The notes beneath the pieces were generated by a model. That model worked only from the letters and a program-made list of their open reading frames with translations. It was not told where the DNA came from and ran no database searches. The position numbers and the translations under genes were made by a program. From an uncultured Gemmatimonadales bacterium (GTDB taxonomy: Bacteria; Gemmatimonadota; Gemmatimonadetes; Longimicrobiales; Longimicrobiaceae): DNA of 64,000 bases. Shown piece after piece: positions 18,601-53,369 of this stretch (positions within the stretch are counted from its first letter, which is position 1; every line of letters starts with the position of its first letter). Location of the stretch: the NCBI GenBank assembly GCA_963716255.1, contig OY970303.1:6624001-6688000 (forward strand), read 5' to 3'.

Positions 18601-21600
18601 CCAGAGTCGGCCGAGCTGCGCACGCAGCTGGGGAAGCGTCTGCCAGAGTACATGATCCCCTCGGCGTTCGTGGTGCTGGACGCGCTGCCGCTGACGCCCA
18701 ACGGCAAGATGGACCGGCGGGCGCTGCCCGCGCCGGAGTTCGCCGCGGTGGACGGGTACGTGGCGCCGCGGACGCCGGTGGAGGAGGTGGTGGCGGGGAT
18801 CTGGGCGGAGGTGCTGCGCCTGGAGCGGGTGGGGGCGGAGGAGGGCTTCTTCGAGCTGGGGGGCCACTCGCTGCTGGCCACACAGGTTGTCTCGCGGGCT
18901 CGGCAGGCGTTCGGGGTGGAGGTGCCGCTGCGGGCGCTCTTCGAGGCGCCCACGGTGGCCGCGCTCGCCGGGCGAATCGAGACGCTGCGCGGCGCGGGCG
19001 CCTCGCCGGCGCCGCCCCTCGTGCCGGTGCGGCGCGACGGCGCGCCGCTGCCGCTGTCGTTCGCGCAGCAGCGGCTGTGGGTGGTGGACCGGCTGGAGCC
19101 GGACAGCCCCGCGTACAACATGCCCTTCGCGCTGCGCCTGCGTGGCGCGCTGGACACCGGGGCGCTGCGGGCCAGTCTGGACGCGCTGGTGCGTCGGCAC
19201 GAGACGCTGCGCACCACCTTCGCGGAGCAGGCCGGTGCGCCGGTGCAGGTAGTCCACCCGCCCGCGCCGGTGCCGCTGCCGCTGCTGGACCTGCGGGAGC
19301 TGCCGGAAGCGGAGCGCGAGGCCCTGGCCGGGCGCCTGGCGTCCGAGGAGTCGCTGCGGCCGTTCGACCTGGCGCGGGGTCCGCTGCTGCGCAGCACGCT
19401 GCTGCGCCTGGGCGAGGCGGACCACGTGCTGTGCTTCACGCTCCACCACGTCGTCAGCGACGGCTGGAGCATGCAGGTGCTGGTGCGCGAGGTGTCCGCG
19501 CTCTACGCCGCCTTCCGCCGTGGAGAGGAGCCGCAGCTTCCCGAGCTGCCGGTGCAGTACGCCGATTACGCGCTCTGGCAGCGCGAGTGGCTCCGCGGCG
19601 ACGTTCTGGAGGAGCAGATCGGCTACTGGAAGCAGAAGCTGGGCGGCGCCCCTCCCCTGCTGGAGGTTCCCACGGACGGGGCGCGCTCGGCGTCGCGCAG
19701 CGTGCGCGTGGGGAGCCACGACTTCCGCCTGCCGGCCGGGGTGGCGGGCGGGCTGCGAGAGCTTTCGCGGCGCGAAGGTGCGACGCTGTTCATGACGCTG
19801 CTCGCCGCCTGGCAGGGCCTGCTCTCGAGGTATTCGGGGCAGGAGGACGTGGTCGTGGGCACCCCCGTCGCGGGACGGACGCGCCAGGAGACGGAGGGGC
19901 TGATCGGCTTCTTCGTCAACATGCTCGCGCTGCGGGCGGAGCTGGGGGGGGACCCCACCTGGGGCGAGCTGCTGGGACGGGTGCGGGAAACGGCGCTGGG
20001 GGCGTACGAGCACCAGGAGCTGCCGTTCGAGCGCCTGGTGGACGAGCTGGGAGTGGAGCGGAGCCTGACGCACACCCCGGTCTTCCAGGTGATCTTCGCG
20101 GTGCAGCGGCCCGGCGGGGGCGAGCGGCTGTCGCTGGGCGAGGTGCGGGTGGAGCAGTTCGGAGCGGGCGGTCGCGTGGCCAAGTTCGACCTGAACCTGA
20201 CCATGCTCGACGGGGAGGAGGCGCTCGGGGGGACGCTCACGTACCGCGCGGGGCTGTACGATGCGGAGACGGTCGCGCGCATGGGCGGCCACTTCGAGGT
20301 GCTGCTGGAGGCCATGGCGGCGGCGCATCCGGGGCAGCGTCTTTCCGAGGTGCCGCTGCTGCGCGGGGCCGAGCGCGAGCAGCTGCTGCACGTCTCGCGG
20401 GGCGCCGACACCGGCTACACCGGCGAGCTGTGCCTGCACGAGCTGGTGCACGTGCAGGTGCTGCGCACCCCTCATGCGCCCGCGCTGCGCTTCGAGGGGC
20501 AGGGCCTCAGCTACGCCGAGCTCTTCCGGCGCTCCTGCCGGCTCGCCCAGCTGCTGCGGCGCGAGGGCGTCGGAGCGGAAGTACGCGTGGGGATCTGCAT
20601 GGAGCCGGCCCCGGAGATGATCGTGGCCGTGCTGGGCGTGCTCCTGGCCGGCGGGGCCTACCTGCCGCTGGACCCGGAGCTGCCGGCCGAGCGGCGCGCC
20701 TACATGCTGCGTGACGCCGCCCCGGTGCTGCTGCTGACGCAGACGGCCTTGGCGGAGCGCCTCCAGGACTGCGGCGTGCCGCTCTTCCTGGTGGACGCGC
20801 AGGCCGAGCGCCTGGCGCGGGAAAGCGACGTAGCCCCGGTCACCGGGGTCCTGTCCGACAACCTGGCGTATGTCATCTACACCTCCGGCTCCACGGGCCG
20901 CCCCAAGGGGGTGCTGGTGGAGCACCGCTGCGTGGGCAACACCATCCTGGAGCTGGCCCGCATCTACGGCTCCGGCCCCGGCGATCGCAACCTGCTGTAC
21001 GCGCCGCTGCACTTCGACGCCTCGGTGGGCGACATCTTCATCGCGCTGTGCAGCGGGGCCGAGCTGGTGGTGGCCCGGCGCGAGGCGATGCTGCCGGGGG
21101 AGGACCTGCTGCGCCTGCTGCGGGAGCAGCGGATCACGCACGTGAAGACGATGCAGTCGGCACTGGCGGCCACGCCGGTGGAGGAGCTGCCGGAGCTGCG
21201 CACGCTGATCGCCGGGGGGGACAAGCTGCCGGGGGAGCAGCTGCGGCGCTGGAGCGCGGCGGGGCGGCGCTTCTTCAACGGGTACGGGGCGACGGAGGCG
21301 AGCATCCGCAACACCTCCAGCGCGTACGCGGCGCAGGAGGGGGACCCGCCGATCGGGCGGACGTTCGGGAACACGCAGCTGTACGTGCTGGACCGGTGGC
21401 TGGAGCCGGTGCCGGTCGGGGTGGCCGGGGAGCTGTACATCGGGGGCGTGGGGGTGGTGCGGGGGTATCTGGGCAGACCCGACCTCACGGCGGAGCGCTT
21501 CGTGCCGGACCCGCACCGGGGGGTGGCGGGTGCGCGCCTGTACCGGACGGGGGACCTGGGGCGGAGGCGGGGGGACGGGGAGATCGAGTTCCAGGGGCGT

Positions 21601-22254
21601 GGGGACCACCAGGTGAAGGTGCGCGGGTACCGGGTGGAGCTGGGGGAGATCGAGGGGGTGCTGCGTACGCACGCGCAGGTGCGGGAGGCCGTGGTGCTGC
21701 AGCGGGAGGACGCGCCGGGGCAGCAGCGGCTGGTGGCGTACGTGGTGCCGGAGGCGGGGGGGGAGCCGGGGGCGGCGGAGCTGCGGGGGCACGTGGCGGA
21801 GCAGGTGCCGGAGTACATGGTGCCGGGCGCGTTCGTGGTGATGGAGCAGCTGCCGGTGATGGCCAACGGCAAGGTCGACCGGCGCCTGCTGCCGGCCCCC
21901 GAGCGCCCGCCGGAAGACGAGCACGTGGCGCCGCGTACGGTGGTGGAGGAGGTGGTCGCGGGGATCTGGGCGGAGCTGCTGCACCTGGAGCGGGTGGGGG
22001 TGGAGGAGAACTTCTTCGACGTGGGTGGGCACTCGCTGCTGGCCACCCAGGTGGTGACACGGCTGCGGGAAACGCTGGGCATCGAGGTGCCGTTGCGTGC
22101 CTTTTTCGAGCAGCCCACCGTGGAAGCCCTGGCCAGGATCGCGGAGGACCGCCTGATCGGCGCCCTGGACGCCGATCAGCTGGCGGAGCACCTGGAGCTG
22201 GAGCCCGAGCAGGACCCGGACTTCGACGAGAACAGGGGTCGGGCAGCGTGGTAG
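12613..22254 (+). CDS. NRPS with three C-A-T modules; codes DVATNALTYK (Ala-like), DVWHMSLVDK (Ser), DAGKIGGIRK (unknown, probably acidic)
   Basis: Three SFAQQRLW/HHxxSD condensation domains, three A domains, three GGHSL T domains, no E or TE domain. Start codon uncertain. Confidence 0.95.
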   Translation: MGTQDLRERPRDVPREDPRHVRVPVVYPRARPDCAPLSFAQQRLWLLDQLDPGLSTYNLLLAMRLTGGLRAEAMERAIDGVVRRHEVLRTTIGEADGEPVQVIAPELHVPLLLRDLRELPGEEREARARQAMRAQEGTPFDLRRGPLLRAELLRLSDEEHVLLLAVHHIVSDAWSLGVLFSEIEAHADAFANGKAPSFAPLPIQYADYAVWQRDYLRGETLERHLAFWRERLAGAPALLELPTDRPRPKVRSFRGTEYTVPLTAGIGERLRDLGAEEYATPFMVLLTAFNVLLYRYTGEQDLVVGTVVANRTLPESEGLIGFFVNTLVMRTDLSGDPSFRELLGRVRDATLGVFAHWDVPFEKLVEELRPERSLSHNPFFQVMFVLQNVSQGALRLDGIGVEVVETEKTTSKFDLTLFVEVKNARPVLLLEYNTDLFDASTIERMAEHFRMLLDAAVEGPDGRITEVGFLSSAERVRILAEWNATERDYPAGACIHVLFADQARSTPDAVAVVHGEETLTYGELDRRANRLANALRRRGVGPEACVGVCMQRTPAMLVSLLGILKAGGAYVPLDPAYPPERIRSMIEDAAVGLVLTETPLLGALLGSGVAFLDLDTASEALVGESEAAPVTGVAPENLSYVIFTSGSTGRPKGVMLQHGGTVVFLRWMRELVPAEEWSSVLGSTSISFDVSVAEVFGTLCWGGKLVLVQNVLELSSVSEAEEVKLVTTVPTAAAELLRSGGIPRSVRAFNLAGEVLTPELARGLYALGHVEQVRNLYGPTEDTTYSTCALVEPGRERVGIGRPIADAQSYVLDPGLQPVPVGVAGQLFLGGDGLARGYVHRPGLTAERFVPNPHGVPGSRMYRTGDRARWRPDGTLEYLGRTDHQVKVRGFRIEPGEIETALREQEGVRDAVVTVREDTPEQKRLVAYVVPDEGAGVPTAELRARLAARLPEYMVPPAFVVLERLPLNSNGKVDRGALPAPEQGAGAAYVAPRTPVEEVVAGIWAEVLRLERVGAEEGFFELGGHSLLATQVVSRARQAFGVEVPLRALFEAPTVAALAGRIEVLRGAGASPAPPLVPVRRDGAPLPLSFAQQRLWFLDRLEPGSAAYNIPAALRLRGALDVAALGRVLGEVVRRHESLRTTFAEAAGGPVQVVHEAVPVALPVVDLCAGAAAEREAAVLRLAGEEARRPFHLAAGPLLRAALLRLADEEWVLLFTMHHAVSDGWSMGVLVREVSALYTAFSRSEEAELARLPVQYADYAVWQREYLAGEVLEAQLSWWRERLASAPPLLDLPTDRSRPAAASEQARVLPFTLPAEAVDALRALGRAEGSTLYMVLLAGFQVLLSRYAGEVDVSIGSPVAGRTRAETEGLIGFFVNTLVVRTDLAGDPSFRALLGRVREAALGAFAHQEVPFEKLVEELAPERSLARTPLFQVMFSLQNAERGELRLGDVRAEPAGVVGALAKFDLNLGVTEEGDGLAGSLTYRAELWDAATMERMLEHFRALLTALAAEPGRRLAELGMLSGQERRQVVEEWNASARAYPAGLTLHGLVQAQARRTPRAVALVFEGQTLTYAELEARAEALAVRLRALGVGPEARVGVCAERSPELVVALLGTLRAGGAYVPVDPGYPAERIAYMLADSGVPVLLTQERLAGGLPEFGGEVVLLDRADGAERAGYVRTPFPEVDPEGLAYVIYTSGSTGRPKGAMNAHRGIVNRLLWMQEQYELGAGDVVLQKTPFGFDVSVWELFWPLMTGARLVLARPGAHGDPRYLSEVIEREGVSTLHFVPPMLQAFLDAGEPGRCASLRRVMCSGEALPYELTERFREALPAAELHNLYGPTEAAVDVTYWKCEPRERRVVPIGCPVANTRLYVLDGAGEPAPVGVPGELFIGGLQVGRGYLGRAELTAEKFVPDALSGDRGVRLYRTGDRARWTLAGEVEYLGRMDFQVKVRGFRIELGEIEAALLGHAGVREAVVLAREDAPGDRRIVAYVVPGGEVAPESAELRTQLGKRLPEYMIPSAFVVLDALPLTPNGKMDRRALPAPEFAAVDGYVAPRTPVEEVVAGIWAEVLRLERVGAEEGFFELGGHSLLATQVVSRARQAFGVEVPLRALFEAPTVAALAGRIETLRGAGASPAPPLVPVRRDGAPLPLSFAQQRLWVVDRLEPDSPAYNMPFALRLRGALDTGALRASLDALVRRHETLRTTFAEQAGAPVQVVHPPAPVPLPLLDLRELPEAEREALAGRLASEESLRPFDLARGPLLRSTLLRLGEADHVLCFTLHHVVSDGWSMQVLVREVSALYAAFRRGEEPQLPELPVQYADYALWQREWLRGDVLEEQIGYWKQKLGGAPPLLEVPTDGARSASRSVRVGSHDFRLPAGVAGGLRELSRREGATLFMTLLAAWQGLLSRYSGQEDVVVGTPVAGRTRQETEGLIGFFVNMLALRAELGGDPTWGELLGRVRETALGAYEHQELPFERLVDELGVERSLTHTPVFQVIFAVQRPGGGERLSLGEVRVEQFGAGGRVAKFDLNLTMLDGEEALGGTLTYRAGLYDAETVARMGGHFEVLLEAMAAAHPGQRLSEVPLLRGAEREQLLHVSRGADTGYTGELCLHELVHVQVLRTPHAPALRFEGQGLSYAELFRRSCRLAQLLRREGVGAEVRVGICMEPAPEMIVAVLGVLLAGGAYLPLDPELPAERRAYMLRDAAPVLLLTQTALAERLQDCGVPLFLVDAQAERLARESDVAPVTGVLSDNLAYVIYTSGSTGRPKGVLVEHRCVGNTILELARIYGSGPGDRNLLYAPLHFDASVGDIFIALCSGAELVVARREAMLPGEDLLRLLREQRITHVKTMQSALAATPVEELPELRTLIAGGDKLPGEQLRRWSAAGRRFFNGYGATEASIRNTSSAYAAQEGDPPIGRTFGNTQLYVLDRWLEPVPVGVAGELYIGGVGVVRGYLGRPDLTAERFVPDPHRGVAGARLYRTGDLGRRRGDGEIEFQGRGDHQVKVRGYRVELGEIEGVLRTHAQVREAVVLQREDAPGQQRLVAYVVPEAGGEPGAAELRGHVAEQVPEYMVPGAFVVMEQLPVMANGKVDRRLLPAPERPPEDEHVAPRTVVEEVVAGIWAELLHLERVGVEENFFDVGGHSLLATQVVTRLRETLGIEVPLRAFFEQPTVEALARIAEDRLIGALDADQLAEHLELEPEQDPDFDENRGRAAW
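15553..21904 (+). repeat. About 6.35 kb near-identical direct repeat, copy 1 (T + two full modules)
   Basis: Matches 41189-47540 at a constant offset of 25636; shadow ORFs recur at the same offset (16366/42002, 17078/42714, 19520/45156). Confidence 0.93.
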
Positions 22255-22282
22255 AATCCGCGATACTTCAAGGTTGCCGCAC

Positions 22283-48661
<26,379 letters not shown>

Positions 48662-48689
48662 GCTTGCAACGCGCGATGGCCATTCGCCT

Positions 48690-48880
48690 CCGGGCTGGAG
48701 TGCCGGTGGAAGCATGCCCCCACGTGTTCGAGCGGTTCTACCGCGCGGATCCGGTTCGCGGACGCGACCGGGACCAGGGTGCCGGCCCCGGCCGGCCCAT
48801 CGCGATGTGGATCGCGGAGGCGCACGGCGGATCCGTGGAGCTGGCGTCGGCCAGCGCTGCGGGAAGCGAGTTCGTCGCCG
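48690..48880 (+). pseudogene. Remnant of a sensor histidine kinase C-terminus (HATPase_c F and G2 boxes)
   Basis: AGVPVEACPHVFERFYRADPVRGRDRDQGAGPGRPIAMWIAEAHGGSVELAS..AGSEFV. GxGLGL has decayed to GAGPGR and the rest of the kinase is absent. Confidence 0.8.
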
Positions 48881-49371
48881 CTTCCGCGCCCCCATCCAGG
48901 GAACCCGGCCGTGAACCGTTCCGGGAGTCGGAGGGTGATCGTGAGCCCTGCACGCGGCCAGTTCCCGCCGCGGCAGGCGGGATCACGCCCGTCCCCGTAC
49001 CCGCAGGCCATGATGTCCGCCTCTCCGCCGGAACGGATCGAGGCCGCCGCCATCGTCAAAGGCGGCTGCACCCGGGCTTCCTCTCCTGATCCCCGGCGGG
49101 CCCGGGGGCACGCGCTCCTTGCGCGTCTCCCGGTACCCGTCCCGGCGAAATCATCCACAAGAGCGAGCGGCGCGGCTCCTGTCCTGGAGCCGCGCCGCGT
49201 TCCACCCGGGCCGGGTGCCCTCGAATCCGAATCGCTGCGGGAGGACGAACGATACGGGTCGTCCACGCTGAGGTACCGTCCCTATTCCGTCGAGGAGGTG
49301 CAAGCTTCGACGCGGTTCCCGATCGAGTAGATCGTCGCATGGCTGGACAACGAAAGTGGTGAATGGACAGA

Positions 49372-49577
49372 CCTCCCAGGAGGTCTGTCCCTGGAACCCG
49401 TTCTCCACGGATACGGAGGAGGCGGCGTTTTTGCCGCGGGACGGCGTCGATGGCGCGTCGCTGATCGAGCTGATGGGGCTGACGCAGGAGGAGTTCTCGC
49501 GGCGCTTCAAGGGCTCGGCGGTGAAGCGGACCAAGCGGCGGGGGCTGCTGCGCAACGTGGCGGTGGCGCTGGGGCGG
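49372..49577 (+). pseudogene. queG: 3' fragment of epoxyqueuosine reductase, copy 1
   Basis: SQEVCPWNPF...FLPR...LMGLTQEEFSRRFKGSAVKRTKRRGLLRNVAVALG matches the QueG C-terminal CQxVCPWN...F.GS.ikR...l.RNa.vAlGN region; no N-terminal part. Confidence 0.82.
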
Positions 49578-50034
49578 ATCGCGTCCAGGGAAGGCTGTCC
49601 CTCCGAGACGGTCTTCGGCATCGCCGCCTTGCTGACCTCCCGAATTCTTGTGGAGGAGTACGAGTGGGTGCGCGGGGAGCTGGCAGTCGGCATTGAGCCT
49701 CCCCGCCAGGCAAATACCCTGGTGGACAATGTGGTGTACGTCGTCAAATGGATCGTCGGCCTCTTTTGCATCACCGTGCTGGGTGCGTCACTGGCCTGGC
49801 TGCTGCTCGTCCTCATCTTCGGTTCTTCCGCGGTCTTCCTTCAGCTCGTGCTGGCTGTAACGAGCCGCATCCTCGACAATCTTTCCTGACATCCACGAAG
49901 TGTACCTCGCCGTCCCGCCTTCCGCGCTGGTGAGAATCCCCCGCGACACGTCCGACAGAGGAGGCAGCCCCGGATTCCGGGGGATGCCACAGGGAGGCGT
50001 CCGTCGCGGCGCCACCTTTTTGCGAGGGAGACAG

Positions 50035-50421
50035 ATGGCCGCCAATCACCGGATCTTCACCAGCTTCGCGATCGAGGACGTACGGCTGCGCGACTTCCTG
50101 GTGGGGCAGGCGCGCAACGAGAAGGCCCCGTTCTCGTTCGTCGACATGGCCGTGAAGGAGCCGTGGGACGAAGCCTGGAAGACGCGCTGCCGCACCAGGA
50201 TCAGAGGATGCGACGGGGTGATCGGGATCATCACCGGCAACTCGCCGCAGGCAAGCGGCCAGCTCTGGGAGCTGGGAGCCGCGTACGAGGAGAATGTCCC
50301 CGTCCTGCTCATCTACGGCTACCAGGACGACCGCCCCGCGAACCTGCCGGATCCCCTGACGGGGCGGCGGATCTACCCCTGGACGTGGGACAACATTGCC
50401 GCCTTCCTCGCGAAGCTGTGA
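50035..50421 (+). CDS. thsB: TIR-domain protein, ThsB/DUF1863 (MTH538)-like
   Basis: 128 aa from ATG 50035 (GAGGGAG RBS): RIFTSF...FVDMAVKEPWDEAWKTRCRTRIRGCDGVIGII...GQLWELGAA (catalytic Glu)...WTWDNI. Confidence 0.85.
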   Translation: MAANHRIFTSFAIEDVRLRDFLVGQARNEKAPFSFVDMAVKEPWDEAWKTRCRTRIRGCDGVIGIITGNSPQASGQLWELGAAYEENVPVLLIYGYQDDRPANLPDPLTGRRIYPWTWDNIAAFLAKL

Positions 50422-50452
50422 CCCGCCGCCGATCTGATACGGAGAACGTCCG

Positions 50453-51400
50453 ATGCGAAAGGCACTGGTCGTGGGCATCAACCAGTACGTCCACCAGCCC
50501 ATCCTGTACGGCTGTGTGAACGACGCGTACGCCGTCAAAGACGTCCTGGAGCGGCACAGCGACGGAACCCGCAACTTCGGCGTGCGGCAGCTGACGGCCT
50601 CCGGAGGCGAATCCGTCTCGCGTTCCGAACTGCGGACGCATGTGCAGGAGCTGTTCGCGGGCGACGCCGAGACGGCCCTGTTCTACTTTGCCGGGCACGG
50701 CCACCTGGATTCCACGGGTGGATACATCCTGGCCAGCGACGCCAGGGCCGGGGACGAGGGACTTTCGCTGGCCGACGTGCTCACGTTCGCCAACGCATCC
50801 CGCGCGCGGAACAAGATCATCATCCTGGACAGCTGCCACGCGGGGATGGCGGGCGCACGGCCAGCGGCGCAGCAATCCGAGCTGTCGGACGGCCTCACCA
50901 TCCTCACGGCCTCCACCGCCGAGCAGTACGCCGTGGAGGAGAACGGCAGCGGCGTGTTCACCAAACTTTTCGTGGACGCCATGAACGGTGCCGCCGCAAA
51001 CCTGGTGGGCGACGTCACCCCCGGCGGCGTGTACGCGCACATCGACCAGTCGCTGGGGGAGTGGGAGCAGCGGCCGGTCTTCAAGACCAACGTCCAGAGC
51101 TTCGTGTCGCTGCGAAAGGTGCAGGCTCCCATCACGTTGGCGGACCTGCACCGCATCACGGAGCTCTTTCCCTCCATCGGCTACGAGTTTCCCCTGGACC
51201 CCACCTTCGAGCCGGAGAGCGGCAACGCGAACCCGGAAAACACGGAGAAGTTCGGCGTCCTGCAGAGGTACGCCCGCGTGAACCTCGTGGTGCCGGTGGG
51301 CACACCACACATGTATCACGCGGCCATGGAGAGCAGGTCGTGCAAGCTCACGGTACTGGGCGAGCACTACCACCGCCTGGTGGAGAAAGGGCGGATCTGA
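50453..51400 (+). CDS. Caspase-like (peptidase C14) protease; effector of a type IV Thoeris-like TIR-caspase operon
   Basis: [27 protein letters not shown] (His), ILDSCHAG (Cys), GVFT and a C-terminal extension (FPLDPTFEP...HMYHAAM); 31 bp after the TIR gene. Confidence 0.88.
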   Translation: MRKALVVGINQYVHQPILYGCVNDAYAVKDVLERHSDGTRNFGVRQLTASGGESVSRSELRTHVQELFAGDAETALFYFAGHGHLDSTGGYILASDARAGDEGLSLADVLTFANASRARNKIIILDSCHAGMAGARPAAQQSELSDGLTILTASTAEQYAVEENGSGVFTKLFVDAMNGAAANLVGDVTPGGVYAHIDQSLGEWEQRPVFKTNVQSFVSLRKVQAPITLADLHRITELFPSIGYEFPLDPTFEPESGNANPENTEKFGVLQRYARVNLVVPVGTPHMYHAAMESRSCKLTVLGEHYHRLVEKGRI

Positions 51401-51431
51401 TGATGCCGGAACCCTGCTCGCCCGCTTCACG

Positions 51432-51640
51432 GTTTCGGGTGCGGTAGGAGCGGCCGCGAAGGAGAAGGTGGGTGCCGCGCTCGGGGAGACGGTCGAAGAT
51501 GGCTCGGCAAGACCGGGATCCTGGAGCCCCTGGCGGAGCGCCGCCGGGGGCTTGTTCGTCGTGACGATGGCGGAGCGGCGCTTCAGACGGCGGATGCCGG
51601 CGTCGCGGAAGCTGGCATCTGCGGCATTGGCGGCGGCGCC
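51432..51640 (-). mobile_element. istB: Frameshifted C-terminal remnant of an IS21-family IstB helper ATPase
   Basis: Minus strand ...KRRSAIVTTNKP...LQDPGLAE, then a frameshift into AIFDRLPERGTHLLLRGRSYRTR, matching the IstB pattern S.IvTtN.p..w....D..la.AilDRl.......l.G.SYR. Confidence 0.72.
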
Positions 51641-51947
51641 GCTGCCGGCGTCGCCTTCCGCCCCGCCGAGATCCTGTGTCGGCCGCGTCTCCCCGTCTTC
51701 CTCTCCGCTCTCCGCGAGGCTTTTGGCCGAAACGGCCCGTCGCGCCGAACGGGTTGCCGGATGCGTTCGCACAGACGAACTTCAGGACTGCCGCAAGCCC
51801 GTCCGCCACAATCGGCTCGCCCGCTGGTCCCCGTCCGCAAAGGCCGCCTCCGCGTCTGCGGAACCGATTCAGAGCCGTGTATTCTCCGCCCCCTTTCCGG
51901 TTGCGGTGGCAAGGTCTCGTACCGGGTCCCGTATCAGCCGGTTCATC

Positions 51948-53369
51948 ATGATGAAGAAAGCCACAGTCCTTTTCTTTACCGCGGACCCGAAATCCGTCCG
52001 GGCTGGAAGCGCGTCGCGGCTTCAGCTGGACGCGGAGGTACGGGAGATCCGCCAGCGGGTGAGCACGGCCAGCCGCCGCGACGATCTCTATTTCGATGAG
52101 TACTGGGCCGCACGCCCGGGCGATCTCGTGCAGGCCCTGGGTGAAACCCGCCCCCGGGTCGTGCACTTCAGCGGGCATTGCAGCGATGCCGGCCTGGTGC
52201 TGGTGGGCTCCGAGGCGTCTCGCGGGCATTACGTGGGCGCAGAGGCGCTGGCGCAGCTGTTCGAGGCCTATCGCGGCGACATCCGCGTGGTCGTGCTGAA
52301 CGCATGCCTTTCCCTTCCTCAGGCCGAGGCGATCGCCGCGGTCGTGGGGTGCGCCATCGGGACCCTCACCGAGATCACGGACGCTGCCGCGATCACCTTC
52401 AGCTCCTCGTTCTACCGAGAGCTGGCGTTCGGCCACTCTGTCCAGGGCGCATTCGACAAGGCGCGTGCAGCGCTGGCGATGGAGCACTTCGAGGAGCGTG
52501 AGTGCCCGCGGCTGGTGGTGGGTCCGGGAGTGGACGCCGCGAAGGTGTTCGTGGTCGAGCCGAAGCGGAGGCGGGAGGGGCTGGCGGCAGCCGGAGTCGT
52601 GGGTGCGGTGCTCGTCGGCTGGAAGCTGCTTTCCGGCGGAGAGGAAAAGGGGGAGCCGTTCTCGGCCTGCGCCTGGGCCGGAGAACCCCAGGCGCTCATG
52701 GCGCCGGCCGGGCCTTCCACGGCGGGACCGTCGGGCGTGCAGTCGGATCTCGATCGAGCGAAGGTGGACTACGAAGCGGGGCGGTATGCGGCGGCGTTCC
52801 CCCGCTTCAGGCGGCTGGCCGAGAGCCGGAACCCCGAAGCGATGGGGTTTGTCGGAATCATGTTCCTGCGCGGGCAGGGGACCAGGGAACGCCCGGACTC
52901 GGGGATCTACTGGCTCCGCGAGGCGGCGGATAGGGACGACGCACGTGGAATGACCGAGCTCGGCACCGCGTACCTGGACGGGAACGGGGCGAAGCACAGC
53001 AGGCGCTGGGCTCGGCACTGGCTCAAGAAGGCGGCAGACGACAAGCGCTCGGCGGAGGCGATGCGCAGGCTGGGGGTCCTCTACCGGGACGAGCAGGTCT
53101 ATGACACTGCGCTCACCCGGCTCCGCGATGCCGTGGAGGCGGGATCCCTGGAGGCCCGGATCGATATCGGCCAGATGTACGAGCAGGGCCAGGGGACCCG
53201 TCAGGACCTGGAGATGGCGGTCTGCCTCTACCACACGGCCGCGGAGGCCGGCTCACCCCGCGGGATGCTCACGATGGGCCGGATCCACGAGAAAGGGATC
53301 GGCGTGCTTCGGGACGATGACAAAGCGAAGGAGTGGTACCGGAAAGCCGCGACCGAAGGCTCCCCCTGA
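51948..53369 (+). CDS. CHAT-domain protease + hydrophobic segment + Sel1-like repeats (last repeat cut by TGA)
   Basis: VLFFTADP, LQLDAEVREI, VHFSGH, VVLNAC; LAAAGVVGAVLVGWKLL; repeated AM..LG.lY..G.G....A..wy..AA..G units. Start taken at ATG 51948. Confidence 0.87.
   Translation: MMKKATVLFFTADPKSVRAGSASRLQLDAEVREIRQRVSTASRRDDLYFDEYWAARPGDLVQALGETRPRVVHFSGHCSDAGLVLVGSEASRGHYVGAEALAQLFEAYRGDIRVVVLNACLSLPQAEAIAAVVGCAIGTLTEITDAAAITFSSSFYRELAFGHSVQGAFDKARAALAMEHFEERECPRLVVGPGVDAAKVFVVEPKRRREGLAAAGVVGAVLVGWKLLSGGEEKGEPFSACAWAGEPQALMAPAGPSTAGPSGVQSDLDRAKVDYEAGRYAAAFPRFRRLAESRNPEAMGFVGIMFLRGQGTRERPDSGIYWLREAADRDDARGMTELGTAYLDGNGAKHSRRWARHWLKKAADDKRSAEAMRRLGVLYRDEQVYDTALTRLRDAVEAGSLEARIDIGQMYEQGQGTRQDLEMAVCLYHTAAEAGSPRGMLTMGRIHEKGIGVLRDDDKAKEWYRKAATEGSP

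Noticed and set aside
48900..49355. Short ORFs between the kinase remnant and the first queG fragment
   Set aside because: No recognisable motifs or convincing start signals; probably decayed DNA.
51468..51947. N-terminal extension of the CHAT-Sel1 ORF
   Set aside because: Overlaps the antisense istB remnant; CHAT homology starts at MMKKATVLFF.
53367..53369. Selenocysteine or programmed readthrough at the TGA
   Set aside because: The position aligns with Arg in the preceding repeat, not a catalytic Cys, and the downstream frame decays quickly.
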